From Mycoplasmatota bacterium (GTDB lineage Bacteria > Bacillota_I > Bacilli_A > Haloplasmatales > Haloplasmataceae), in assembly GCA_018394295.1 (NCBI GenBank), contig CP074573.1, forward strand, positions 2,651,684 to 2,715,683: 64,000 nt of DNA, in the 5' to 3' direction. The notes under the pieces were generated by a model. The model saw nothing but the letters and a program-made list of their open reading frames with translations. It had not been told where the DNA came from and did not search any database. This document shows, piece by piece, positions 29,628-40,644 of this stretch; the stretch's first letter is position 1, and each line of letters opens with the position of its first letter. The position numbers and the translations under genes were made by a program.

Positions 29628-31418
29628 GGTAGTGTCAAATAAATTATGAAAACTCATAATAACTCTATGACCCAAAATAAAAAAAACTGGAATTGTAGTA
29701 TGTTAGATTACAATACTCAGTTTTATCTTACTATATCATTATATGCAAATAAAAAAGGCATATTTAAATACGCTTATATAGAGATACTCCTTAGTTAAAA
29801 ATTAGTTTATATAAGAGTAACTCATATCTATTAGAGAAAGCCATTTGCTTGGCATATGGGGTAAATCCTCAAACTCTTCTAATTTAACAGGTGGGTTATA
29901 ACCTAACGATTTATGTGGTCTTAGGAAGTTAAAAAACGTTGTAAATAAGACCATATAAGTGTTAGCACTCTTGATGTTACCAAAGCCGTTCATTTGGATA
30001 TAATCGTCTTTGAAAGTTCTATTTAACCGCTCAGTTACTTGTTTAAATGGACGATAATCCTTGTCTGTTTCCGTGTTATTAGTGAGTCCTATAACTTGAA
30101 ATAAATCGAAATTTATGTTCATGCTTTTAAAGTATGATCATGCAGCGTTGTAAATAGGGTTACCATCCACAACTATTTTCAAATTCTTAGGTAGTTCAGT
30201 GTATTTTTTGAATGTTTGATATAGTGAAACAACTGCAGAAAAAGTATCACGTTTACTAAAAACTTGATAAGAAGTAATAATCTTTTTAATTTTATCTGAG
30301 AAGAAGAAGATATAATGCTTCTTCCCCTTAACCCTAACATATGTTTCATCCCCACAAAGGTCAGATGATAAATCATATGGGTAATTTTCAAGTAAGGGAC
30401 GAATCATTGTAGAAACACTATTTGCATAATTCATCACGGTTTGATGGGAAATCTTAACTTGGTGAATATCATACATGATAGCTGCAGTTTTCCTACTCGA
30501 CAAACCGTAGTTAACGTAATACGTTAAGATTAAGCCTAGAGTATGCTTAGAGTGTCTGATATTGGCTAAATCAACCTTCATATTTAAATTAGACATAGAG
30601 TCACGTTCTAGTGAATCAAAGTTAATATCGAAAGCACGATAGATATAATGAAGTTTAAATTTACCTGGTTTTTTTTTATATTGTTTTAATTGATCAAATG
30701 ATAATTTCTTTAATTTATCTAAATAAAAGGAACATTTCTTATGTCTGCATTTATAAATAATATAACTATTACGGTCTTTAATTCTTTCAAGGTTCTTTGA
30801 ACAATGAGGACATTTTAAAATAATCTTTTCAAGAAAATCATTATTCAAGGTAAATGTATGACTACATACCTTACAAAGTAATTGTTTTGATTTAATATTA
30901 TTTTCATAGATATATTTATGAGGAGCACCACAAATAGGGCAATTTCCTTTAAAATCAAGTTTTGATGGATTTCTTCTAGAAACAGGTTTTAATTGCTTAT
31001 TGTGCTTTAAAAAATACTCATTAAGCAATTCTTGATAATCTAGCTTTTCAATCTTTTGAATAATAGGTTCACCATCAACAGTGAACTTCCTAAAAGGTTC
31101 ATAATAAGTGCCAGATGACTTAGAACTAGGTGTAGAAATAATGTAGGAATCTAGAAAAAGAATAAATTTATAAAGTAGTTTGTTTAAAGACTTTAAAAAT
31201 ACTGAAAGAACTGATATAATTTTAACCATGATAGATACCCCCTGTATGGTTGGTTGTGGTGACTTAATTATATCAGGGGTATCTATCTTTTTGTATATAA
31301 AGGGTTAAAAAAATATAACGAGAAACCTCCCAAACACAGGGGGGGAACTCATTATATAATAAAAAATAATATATATATAAGGTTTTGTATAGGGTTTAAG
31401 AAAAACTTTTACACTGCC
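29628..31418 (-). mobile_element. IS6/IS26-like insertion sequence copy B (inverted relative to copy A)
   Basis: IRs GGCAGTGTAAAAG / GGTAGTGTCAAAT. Perfect 8-bp TSD TATAAAAA (29620-29627 and 31419-31426). ~1.79 kb. Confidence 0.8.
29802..31229 (-). pseudogene. IS6-like transposase with internal nonsense mutation (TGG to TGA at the ...NPIYNAAW codon)
   Basis: Two ORFs (30138-31229 and 29802-30122) in the same frame, separated by a single stop where the other copies encode Trp. Confidence 0.75.
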
Positions 31419-31441
31419 TATAAAAATAAGGGAGTGGGATA

Positions 31442-32560
31442 ATGAAATATATTATCAAAAGTAATGAAGTTGGTTTACTATTTAAGAAACAAGTATTTAA
31501 AAAAGTATTAACAGTAGGTGAATATACTTATGTTTTAAAATCCAGAAAAGTTATAATAGTAAATAAGAAAATAGCACTTGAAAATAATGGAATTGAGGTT
31601 AAAACATTAGCTAATAATAAAGTGTTACTTAACAAGATTACATCCATTCAAGTTAAAGAAAATGAAGTTGCATTTCACTTCATTGATGGACTTTTCTTTG
31701 AATTATTAACGGCAGGTACTTATTCTTTTTTCAACGATACATACGCACACACTTTCACAATTGTTGATACAAAAGATATTTATATTCCGGACTCGATTGA
31801 TATAAGTGTATTAGAATCACTAATATATCATGATAATTATCGTAAAATAATATGTTCATATGTAGTTGAAGAAGGATTTATTGGAATATTAAAAGTAAAC
31901 GGTAAGTTTGGAAAATTATTAGGTCCTGGAAAATATTATTTCTTTACGAATATCAATGTTATTAATGTTAAATATATTGATACTAGAAATCAAGTATTAC
32001 AAATCAGTGGTCAAGAATTACTAACAAAAGATAAAGTAACATTAAGAATGAATTTTGTATTATCATATAAAATTACAGATAGCCTAAAAGCCGCAACCAC
32101 ATTAGATCATTATGAAGAACAACTCTATCTATTTATGCAACTGGCTCTAAGAGAATATGTATCCACAAAGACACTTGATGAATTATTAGCTGAAAAACAT
32201 GAAATAGGCAAAATTATTTTAGATACAGTTAAACCAAAAGAAAATGACTTTGGAGCTATATTTATGGAAGCTGGTCTTAAAGATATTATTTTACCTGGAG
32301 AAATAAAAGATATCCTTAATACAATACTACTCGCTGAAAAGAAAGCTCAAGCCAATGTGATTACTAGACGTGAAGAAACAGCATCAACACGAAGCCTATT
32401 AAATACCGCAAAAATTATGGACGAAAATGAAACACTATATAAACTAAAAGAATTAGAATATCTAGAAAGAATATGTGATAAAGTCGGGAATATCTCATTT
32501 TCTTCAAGTGGTGGAATTATAGAACAATTAAATGAACTGATTAAAGTTTCTAAAAAATAA
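31442..32560 (+). CDS. SPFH/band-7 (stomatin/prohibitin-like) domain protein
   Basis: Central region (NFVLSYKITD...LALREYVSTKTLDELLAEKHEIG) matches the SPFH fold pattern, followed by a C-terminal coiled coil. Start codon 23 nt from the IS6-like copy B left end. Confidence 0.5.
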   Translation: MKYIIKSNEVGLLFKKQVFKKVLTVGEYTYVLKSRKVIIVNKKIALENNGIEVKTLANNKVLLNKITSIQVKENEVAFHFIDGLFFELLTAGTYSFFNDTYAHTFTIVDTKDIYIPDSIDISVLESLIYHDNYRKIICSYVVEEGFIGILKVNGKFGKLLGPGKYYFFTNINVINVKYIDTRNQVLQISGQELLTKDKVTLRMNFVLSYKITDSLKAATTLDHYEEQLYLFMQLALREYVSTKTLDELLAEKHEIGKIILDTVKPKENDFGAIFMEAGLKDIILPGEIKDILNTILLAEKKAQANVITRREETASTRSLLNTAKIMDENETLYKLKELEYLERICDKVGNISFSSSGGIIEQLNELIKVSKK

Positions 32561-32585
32561 AATATTTACTTATGATTAACTAATA

Positions 32586-32620
32586 TTATCAAAAAGGTAC
32601 TGTATTAACAGTACCTTTTG
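32586..32620. repeat. dispersed 35-bp palindromic repeat, copy 4 (perfect arms GTACTG/CAGTAC)
   Basis: TATCAAAAAGGTACTGTATTAACAGTACCTTTTG, immediately after the SPFH gene stop. Confidence 0.6.
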
Positions 32621-32787
32621 ATATTCATATCTAATTTTCCTAATACATAACATAAATTGAAAAGATGATTAATATCTTGATATCTTTTTTTCTAGATCAT
32701 TATATATTAGAGTATTCAAACTTTTCTACTGGTTCATTAGTAAGAGGCTTATATTTAAACTTATCTATATATTCACCTAACAAAACA

Positions 32788-33183
32788 TTATTTATTAAAT
32801 ATATTAGAATTAAATGGAAATATTTCAGAAATTTCTTCTTTTGAAAGGTAAATATTAATCATTTCAATATCAAATTTCATATAATTACAACCTATAGTTG
32901 TTTTAGAAGCAAGAATATTATCTATAGGTTGTCCGAACATTATCCAGAAATCAGAAATACTTTTGAAAAAATCCTCTGCTTTTTTTTGATTAAATTCTTC
33001 ACTTAATTCTATTGTGACTTCAATTAAAAAACTGTTATCAAATTTATAATATTTTTCTATCTTTTCATATTTTAATAATTTTATGTAATATTGAATATCA
33101 ACTATCATATTTTTAAATATGTTTTTTGCTTCATATTCATTCTTTGAATAAGTGAACATCCTAATATACATTATTTCCTCCAT
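32788..33183 (-). CDS. hypothetical protein (131 aa)
   Basis: ORF only. Confidence 0.3.
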   Translation of the reverse strand: MEEIMYIRMFTYSKNEYEAKNIFKNMIVDIQYYIKLLKYEKIEKYYKFDNSFLIEVTIELSEEFNQKKAEDFFKSISDFWIMFGQPIDNILASKTTIGCNYMKFDIEMINIYLSKEEISEIFPFNSNIFNK

Positions 33184-33486
33184 TTACCTATGTGTAATAT
33201 ATCCATCTAAAGATACATTTATATGGGATCCATCTCATGATGCTCATCCAAGTTGATTCAAACCAGTTTTAGATAATTGTACATTCCACTCAAGAGGTTG
33301 TCCAGGAATTCTGAAAGGTCCTTTTTACCATGCATTACCAAACCTATCAACATAACCGATACCTTGCTTAGTCAATGGTTCATTTTTGTTCTTTCTCTCT
33401 TGGGAGGAACATATCTAAATTTTCCTTTAATTGATAAAAATTTTATACATTTGAGAAATATAAAATCTTATAAACTTTATAAACAT

Positions 33487-34044
33487 TTATTCATTAGACA
33501 ATAAAATCTTATCATTAACTTTTCTATAATAAATAAAGTCCCAAGTCTTAAATGATACAGACTCTACATTACTATCATAGTTAATAAGTGCTAAAAAACC
33601 AATTTCAATTTTTCCACTACTGTCTTCAAAAAGTTCTTTCGGTAGATTTATTTTAATAGAGTATTTATAGTTGATTTTATAACTGGAATTATTAATTATC
33701 AATTTATCAAATTTGAAAGTGTCATTTTGAAAATCATCTATTTCAGTTAATATTACTTTTTCATTTAAATTTTTATTTTGGGCATATATTTGTATTTTTT
33801 CAATTCTAAAAATACTTGTCGAAATTGCAATCTCACTTATTCCAATAAAAAAATTAAGTTCAACTTCATCAATTTGAAATTCATTAACACTACTACTATA
33901 ACCACAAAAGTTGCTTTGACTTGGTTTATCAGATACATTTTTATAAATAAATCCTGACTCCAATGGTTCATTATTATTTTTATCACAACCTGATAAAATT
34001 GATATAATAATAATAATAATTAATATTATTAATGAATTTTTCAT
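33487..34044 (-). CDS. putative lipoprotein (185 aa)
   Basis: Signal peptide with lipobox ILSGC. Confidence 0.5.
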   Translation of the reverse strand: MKNSLIILIIIIIISILSGCDKNNNEPLESGFIYKNVSDKPSQSNFCGYSSSVNEFQIDEVELNFFIGISEIAISTSIFRIEKIQIYAQNKNLNEKVILTEIDDFQNDTFKFDKLIINNSSYKINYKYSIKINLPKELFEDSSGKIEIGFLALINYDSNVESVSFKTWDFIYYRKVNDKILLSNE

Positions 34045-34210
34045 CCTTAATAACTCCTCCTATTAACGTAGAAATCTCGCTTTTACCAAAATTTTTCACT
34101 TCTTGTATCATTCTTTCAATGATATTTTCAAAGTACACATCCCCCTGTTTTCCACATATTTGTTGTAACATTAGTATCATTACCATTTCTATTAAATAAC
34201 ACAAACACCT

Positions 34211-34747
34211 TTATAAAGACTCAGCTTTAGTATATATTCTCTTAATTTCTTCTTTAGAAATCATCTTAGAAAGAATATAAGCAATAATAATTATTCCTAG
34301 TATATCCACCAATAACCTAGTTACAGCAAATTTTGCTCCTAAAGAGGATAATTCAAATAAAAACATAGGAATCTTTGTTGTCGACCATGCACCTATAAAT
34401 ATAAGTACATTACTAAATTTCACACCTTTTTTCATAAACACTGCGGCTACAGGAAATGCTCCATATAATGGACCAGCAGCAGCTGAACCTATAAGAAATG
34501 CTAAAACAATACCTTTAACTCCTGATTCTTCACCCATGTATTTAATCATTGTCTCCCTAGGAATCCATATATCTAAAAGCCCTAGTAAGACAAATACTGG
34601 CGGAATTACCAAAGCCATCTCTTTAAATGAGTATCCTGTAACATTTATTGCCTTTAAACCAATCTCTCTATTTATAAAAAATACTAAACCTAAAGCTACT
34701 AAAGTTACTATAAAGAATCTATATCTTTTCACTATATTCATAAACAT
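34211..34747 (-). CDS. permease half (predicted two-component membrane permease, DUF318/COG0701-like), subunit B
   Basis: 5-6 TM helices. Overlaps the upstream subunit gene by 10 nt. Confidence 0.5.
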   Translation of the reverse strand: MFMNIVKRYRFFIVTLVALGLVFFINREIGLKAINVTGYSFKEMALVIPPVFVLLGLLDIWIPRETMIKYMGEESGVKGIVLAFLIGSAAAGPLYGAFPVAAVFMKKGVKFSNVLIFIGAWSTTKIPMFLFELSSLGAKFAVTRLLVDILGIIIIAYILSKMISKEEIKRIYTKAESL

Positions 34748-35292
34748 GTCGCCACCATTCCTATAATATATGCTACTATAAACGAAAATAGAAAAGCTAA
34801 TATATTTCTTGCTATGGTAAGTCGCTTACCGAAATATTTAACTTCAACAGGTGCTGTTACAACTCCTACCATCATCAATGTTGATACAAAAGCACCAATT
34901 TGCATGTAACCTGCTCCATTTTCAAGTAACAGTGCTGCTGTAGGAAAAGCCACAAATCCTGGAATAAGTGTTATAGCGCCAACAACTGCAGAAATTAATA
35001 CACCATACCATCCTGACTCAGAACCTATAATTTTTGAAATAAATTCTGCATCAAATATGGCAAGTAAAATTCCAACAAGCACAATAACTCCTAAAAACTG
35101 TGGTAATATATTTTCAAATGCTTTCCAAGCTTTTTTCAAAGCTTTTTTTGTCTTTCTCTTATCTTTATAATAAGACAATCCCAAAAGAAATAGTGTGATA
35201 ATATAAAAAGTTATATTCAATTCCATCACTTCCTCTAATATGTAGTATTCTAACTCAAAAATAGTGTAAACAAATATCTGACAAAAGCACAT
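34738..35292 (-). CDS. permease half (DUF318/COG0701-like), subunit A. Probable start at MELNITFY (~35226)
   Basis: 5 TM helices. Paired with 34211-34747. Confidence 0.5.
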   Translation of the reverse strand: MCFCQIFVYTIFELEYYILEEVMELNITFYIITLFLLGLSYYKDKRKTKKALKKAWKAFENILPQFLGVIVLVGILLAIFDAEFISKIIGSESGWYGVLISAVVGAITLIPGFVAFPTAALLLENGAGYMQIGAFVSTLMMVGVVTAPVEVKYFGKRLTIARNILAFLFSFIVAYIIGMVATCL

Positions 35293-35313
35293 ATTTCTTA
35301 GATCTATCTATAA

Positions 35314-36882
35314 TTAATCTTCTATTACATATACATATCCTATTTTCAAAAAACCTTCTTTTTCACCTACATCAACTACATCGCCAATAGTAAGGCTATT
35401 ATAATATTCCTCTGAGATATCTAACTCAATTGTCTTACCATTTGAGACAATCACTTTTATTAAATATTTATCTGGTGACTTTGAACTTTCAGAAACTCGC
35501 TTATCAATAATTTCAGTTTGTATTATTTTTGATTCAGATGAATCAAAAATATAATTTGTTTGAACTACAACTGAAGGAGAAAAGAACAAAGCAGCAAATA
35601 TAATTACAAAAATAGCTGATTTTTTATTTTTATATTCATTTGTAAAAATAAAAAAGACTAGTAAAATAATTGAAAAAATCAAAATACTAAAAACTAAAAA
35701 CGTTTTATAAGACATTAAATCAAAATCAAGAAGTGAACGTAACCCTAAACTAATACAAGGAAACATTAAAACAAAAATAATATTTATCTTATCCTTAGTA
35801 AAAGTTTTATGATTACTATCATCCTCTATAGATATAATATCATTGTACATTACATAAAGTACAAAACTTGATATAAATACTAACATGCACAGTATTGATA
35901 ATATTTTATAACTAAATGGTAAAAATAGAAAAATAGCTGAAACAAGAATAGAAATAAATGTTAAAATTATAAATATTAGCTTTAAATTGCTTATTGATTT
36001 TTGATTATGTTTACCCTTTTTAATAACAGGAGTATTAACCTGTTCCTTTGATTTGATATCAATATTAATTCCTTGAAAAAATGCTTTTACACTTTTTTTC
36101 GATATGATTTCTAATAATTTAAATTTCTTTTTTTTCTTATAATCATGATATATAATAATTGAACCACTATTGTCATAAGATAAGTTTTTTACTTTATCTA
36201 CCTTATATTTTATTGAACTAATATCATTCTTTTTTATTATGTAATCTTTTTTATTACTTATATATTTTTTTTCATCTGAGAAATCTGTTTTTAATAAATC
36301 AAAATCTATACCTATTAATTCACTACCGACATGGATAAAGTAAAATTCATTATATCCTTTAATACACTGATAGAATTTACCACTTGAACTTTGTAAAAGT
36401 AATGATTGATTACTATAATCAATGGAAGATAGAAACTCTTCATTTATATCTTGTAATACTTCATCTAACTCTTCTTGTTCTTTTATAGCCTTAGCAATTT
36501 TTTTATTCTTAGGAAATTTTGAGTTCTTTTCTCGGTCATATAAATACTCTTTTACTACTGGAATTCCCATGAAAACTATTGCACATAAAACAATTAAAAC
36601 TCCACTCCAAAAACGTGGTAATTCCTTCACTAGAACCATAAAAGTTACCATGCCAAAACCTAGCTTAACACCAATAAAAAACGATGGTTTACCACCAAAT
36701 ATATATAATAAACTCCCCAAAAATAATGCCATAGATAATGCTATTATTATATTGTTAATCCATCCAGGTTTTATATCAAACATATTTACATAGAAAACAA
36801 TGAAACCAATAACTACTAAAATTCCTGTAATACCTATTATAACTTGTTGTGCGAATGATTTTTTCATATCTATTCCTCCCAT
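35314..36882 (-). CDS. large polytopic membrane protein with central cytoplasmic domain, hypothetical
   Basis: 522 aa. 4 N-terminal TM, a ~170-aa soluble domain, 4-5 C-terminal TM and a C-terminal beta-rich domain. Confidence 0.45.
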   Translation of the reverse strand: MGGIDMKKSFAQQVIIGITGILVVIGFIVFYVNMFDIKPGWINNIIIALSMALFLGSLLYIFGGKPSFFIGVKLGFGMVTFMVLVKELPRFWSGVLIVLCAIVFMGIPVVKEYLYDREKNSKFPKNKKIAKAIKEQEELDEVLQDINEEFLSSIDYSNQSLLLQSSSGKFYQCIKGYNEFYFIHVGSELIGIDFDLLKTDFSDEKKYISNKKDYIIKKNDISSIKYKVDKVKNLSYDNSGSIIIYHDYKKKKKFKLLEIISKKSVKAFFQGINIDIKSKEQVNTPVIKKGKHNQKSISNLKLIFIILTFISILVSAIFLFLPFSYKILSILCMLVFISSFVLYVMYNDIISIEDDSNHKTFTKDKINIIFVLMFPCISLGLRSLLDFDLMSYKTFLVFSILIFSIILLVFFIFTNEYKNKKSAIFVIIFAALFFSPSVVVQTNYIFDSSESKIIQTEIIDKRVSESSKSPDKYLIKVIVSNGKTIELDISEEYYNSLTIGDVVDVGEKEGFLKIGYVYVIED

Positions 36883-37047
36883 ATCTAATTCATATACATT
36901 TCATTATACCAAAAAAGCGCCTTTCTTTCAGCGCTTTATCCACTTTTTACCATTTATTTCGACACTCTATTTTTTTGATTTCTATTACAACTTACTTATA
37001 ATCACCCTTCCTTTAATTACATAAACATGCTTGTATTAAACAATATA

Positions 37048-37386
37048 TTAGTGAGTATAATCAATAATCTTAATTGATTCTCCTATTTTTTTTTCGATTG
37101 CAGCTTTCATTTGATCTGCATGTGGACAGGCAAAGCCAATAGGATTGCCTTTAGTAATACAGGAAGCCAGAACAATAGTATCTGCTCCTCGTTTAACCAT
37201 CTCAGCAGCTCTCATCACCGCTTTTTTGCTTGGGCAGCCACCACAGGTATTCACTCCAATTACTTCGATATCTTCATCGATACCTTCAAAGGCTAACTTT
37301 TTTTTGTTCATCACTTTAAAACAAGAAGTTGTCGGACACATATCCTCTGTCTGCATACATCTGATTAATCCTACCTTCATAAACAT
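37048..37386 (-). CDS. CGGC-domain protein
   Basis: CGGC motif (NTCGGCP) plus conserved flanking Cys (CPTTSC, ASCITKG). Typical neighbour of ArsR-family regulators. Confidence 0.6.
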   Translation of the reverse strand: MFMKVGLIRCMQTEDMCPTTSCFKVMNKKKLAFEGIDEDIEVIGVNTCGGCPSKKAVMRAAEMVKRGADTIVLASCITKGNPIGFACPHADQMKAAIEKKIGESIKIIDYTH

Positions 37387-37405
37387 TACCTCTCTCTATC
37401 ATTTA

Positions 37406-37732
37406 TTATTTTATTGATTTTATCATGTCAATTTGCTTTTCTATCTGTTCCACCATAGCCTCTCTCATGATGATGCAGGCTTGAAGAGTTTTAGGATTAG
37501 CAAGCGTGTAATACATCTTTCTGCCCTCACGTCTTACCTCGACAACGCCTTTTTCTCGCATCACAGCTAAATGTTGGGAAATATTAGGAATCTTAATCTG
37601 CATTTCTGAAGCAATCTCATCTACACACATTTCTTTTTCTCCTAATAGAAAAAGAATTTCTATCCTCTTTGGATTAGCCATGAATTTACAATAATCTGCG
37701 TGGAGTTTATAAAGTTCTTTCTGATTTATCAT
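37406..37732 (-). CDS. ArsR/SmtB-family transcriptional regulator
   Basis: HTH_20 pattern (EMCVDEIASEMQIKIPNISQHLAVMREKGVV). Confidence 0.8.
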   Translation of the reverse strand: MINQKELYKLHADYCKFMANPKRIEILFLLGEKEMCVDEIASEMQIKIPNISQHLAVMREKGVVEVRREGRKMYYTLANPKTLQACIIMREAMVEQIEKQIDMIKSIK

Positions 37733-37985
37733 TTTTAAATTTCTCCTTTAATTATTTTCGAAAATATGCAAATAAAGACTATAGAAATAATATCACTCTT
37801 CAAATAAACTGTCAAACTTTAATCGTTGTTATTTTTTTCCAAATTATATAAAAATATTATCAATTAGAATCATAAAAAAATAGGTTCTCTTGTCTTGAAA
37901 TCTGTGACTTTTACTTTGACGAATTTAGAGTTACTATGGATTAGATGGTAAATATTTATTTAATAATATTAACAAAATACTAAAA

Positions 37986-38012
37986 TTCCGCTTCAAATCT
38001 CTTAAAGCGGAA
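37986..38012 (-). terminator. rho-independent terminator after the GNAT gene
   Basis: TTCCGCTT...AAGCGGAA 8-bp stem flanked by A/T runs on both strands. Confidence 0.5.
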
Positions 38013-38053
38013 TTTTTTATCTCCATAATAATTAAATTTTTATATCAGCATTT

Positions 38054-38476
38054 TTATATTTTATATGTAAACACTATATCATCGTTATTCTTTGCTATTC
38101 CTTCCATTGTTTCATATAATGCTACAGCAGGTAAATTAGATTTCTCTGTTATAAGGAATATCCTAAATACATTTCTATTTTTACATATTTCTTTTAAAGA
38201 ATCCATTAACTTTTTTCCAATTCCTTTTTTTCTGTAATCAGGTAATACTTCAATTTCATGCATGTACATCATATTATTTTTTCCATCAAATCTTTGTAAT
38301 TCATATCCAAGAACAAAGCCAGCAATTTTATCTTCAACATAGTAGATTATCAAATGATTTTTATCATTTGATAAAAATTGAATAATCTTTTTTTCATCTG
38401 ACTCAAGGCAATGAAAAATTTTTGATACATCATTAGCAATCTGTATATCATCTTTGTTTAACTTATAAATACCCAT
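38054..38476 (-). CDS. GNAT-family N-acetyltransferase
   Basis: Motif A region RKKGIGKKLM. Confidence 0.8.
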   Translation of the reverse strand: MGIYKLNKDDIQIANDVSKIFHCLESDEKKIIQFLSNDKNHLIIYYVEDKIAGFVLGYELQRFDGKNNMMYMHEIEVLPDYRKKGIGKKLMDSLKEICKNRNVFRIFLITEKSNLPAVALYETMEGIAKNNDDIVFTYKI

Positions 38477-38798
38477 TTGTTATCTCCTCCCTAATTATGA
38501 ACTTAAATCTATATTTTAATAAAAAACTTATCTATATCTTAGCAGATATTATACCCTTATGCAATAATCATAAATATATTTACAAAAATAGTTGATTTTT
38601 CATTTTTATATTCATTTGTGAAAAAATCAATACACTATAAACTATTAAAATTTTAATAAAACAAGAAGAGAGCGTAAAATAACTGTAAGACCTATTATTA
38701 CTTGATTTACGAATGACCTTTTCCTCCCATAACTAATCATATATTTTACAATATACCAAAAAGCGCCTTTCTACCAGCACTTTTTTCATTTTTTACTA

Positions 38799-39734
38799 TT
38801 AACTACAATTACATGATTTTTTCACAGCTAGACAATAATTCACATTTTCAAAAGCAAATATTTGCTTATGTTTATTTATGTTATTGTATGTTTCAAAGTA
38901 ACGTTTATTTATATCTTCTGGAGTCAAATGGTCATATATTAGAAATCCACAATCAGATAAAATATTTTCCATTTCATTATAGCTATAAGCTGCTAACATT
39001 TTCTCTCCACTGAAATTAGCCATTGCAACCTGTTTTTGGACTCGTAAACTTGCCTTTTCAGTAAAAGTATTTTCATCTGGATAGTCAAAAACTATGCTAC
39101 TCCCATCTGGAAATAGGTTGTATAATTTTTTTATAAGTTTTTTAAAATTATCTACAGTTAGGTAATACACCAGACCTAATAAAGTACAGTAAGTAATTTC
39201 TGAACCATTGAAGTTGCCACAGTTTGTAAGTGCCTTTTCCCAACTTTCATTGGTTAAGTCTGTTGATATTAAACTAAGATTCTTAGGTAATTCCCAATTT
39301 AGGTCTGTAATTCTTTTCATCTTAAAATTTTGTGTATTAGGAAGATCAAGTTCAAATATAGTCAAGTGTTTTACGTAATTAGGTTGCCTGAAAGCAAAAG
39401 TGTCCATTCCAGCTCCTAATATAACATATTGACTTGCTCCTATTCTTATCGCATTTTCTAACATCTCTTCTGCAAAGGCTGCTCTTCCTAAAGGGGTAGG
39501 AGATAGTTGATTGTTAACAATCCACTCCAAAGCTTCACTATCATTTCCATTAAAGGATGGATTAAAAAAGTTAATGCCTTTTCTCATATTTTCACTAATA
39601 CTCTCATATTCCTCAGCTTTTAAAAATTCTGTAGCTAAACTATCACTGAAAACTCTATAATCATTATTCTTTGTATGATAGGCCCTACTAAAAGAACTCA
39701 CCAATGCTGTCATACTATGTTTATTTTCTTTCAT
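38799..39734 (-). CDS. class I SAM-dependent methyltransferase, LCM/TcmP-like O-methyltransferase family
   Basis: VILGAGMDTFAFR glycine-rich SAM motif characteristic of the leucine carboxyl methyltransferase family. Confidence 0.6.
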   Translation of the reverse strand: MKENKHSMTALVSSFSRAYHTKNNDYRVFSDSLATEFLKAEEYESISENMRKGINFFNPSFNGNDSEALEWIVNNQLSPTPLGRAAFAEEMLENAIRIGASQYVILGAGMDTFAFRQPNYVKHLTIFELDLPNTQNFKMKRITDLNWELPKNLSLISTDLTNESWEKALTNCGNFNGSEITYCTLLGLVYYLTVDNFKKLIKKLYNLFPDGSSIVFDYPDENTFTEKASLRVQKQVAMANFSGEKMLAAYSYNEMENILSDCGFLIYDHLTPEDINKRYFETYNNINKHKQIFAFENVNYCLAVKKSCNCS

Positions 39735-40378
39735 TATATCCTCTCCTCTAAAATTGAATTAATTATTTGAATGTATCCATAATTTAAAAATTCTTCTTTT
39801 GTGGTATTAGTATCTTTTTCTATAAACTGCCCTTTATTATTTATTAAACTAAGTAATGACGCAATATTTGACCACATAATATATACTGTTTCTTTTGTTT
39901 TAATATCAACTCTAAAAACCCCTTGTTTCTTACCAGTTTCTATATATGCTTCAAGTAAATCATTAATTTCCTTGCCAACAGCAAAAATTTTTTTGACAGT
40001 TGTTGATACTGTATCAATATCAATGTTTTTGTTTTGCATCTGATCCACCATCTTAAAAGAAAACGGTGAATTTAAATAGTAACTTTCCATAGCCTTACAT
40101 ATTAATTTATACTGTCCAAGATAATTATTACTAGATTCTAGGGCTACGGTAACATTTCTTAACAATTCTTCAAGTCCCTGCAAAACAATATAGTTCAAAA
40201 TCTCCTCCTTACTATTAAAATATGAGTAAATCGTCCTCCTACTATATTCTGATAGTCTAGAAATATCATTAATTGTTGTATTGATGAAACCTTGTTCTTT
40301 AAATAATTCTTCTGCACTACATAATATGTTTTTTCTATGTAATTCCGCAATAATTTTATTCTTATTTTCTCTACCCAT
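39734..40378 (-). CDS. TetR/AcrR-family transcriptional regulator
   Basis: N-terminal HTH (LFKEQGFINTTINDISRLSEYSRRTIYSYFNSKEEI). Confidence 0.8.
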   Translation of the reverse strand: MGRENKNKIIAELHRKNILCSAEELFKEQGFINTTINDISRLSEYSRRTIYSYFNSKEEILNYIVLQGLEELLRNVTVALESSNNYLGQYKLICKAMESYYLNSPFSFKMVDQMQNKNIDIDTVSTTVKKIFAVGKEINDLLEAYIETGKKQGVFRVDIKTKETVYIMWSNIASLLSLINNKGQFIEKDTNTTKEEFLNYGYIQIINSILEERI

Positions 40379-40644
40379 AACGACCCTCCTTTTAGTATAT
40401 CATTAGTATACTAAATATACTATCAGTATACTTATTAGTTGTCAATATATATTTATTAAAAATGATAATGTTTTAATTAAAACAAAAAACCAATTGAAGT
40501 AATTAAAACAAATAAATTACTTCAATTGGCTCTCATATTTTTGTATCCTATTCAACCTCCACTTTATTGTCTTAGTTATAGGAAACTTTAATTTAAAATC
40601 CTTACTTAACAAATATAAATTGAACTTATTTATCAATTTAAATA

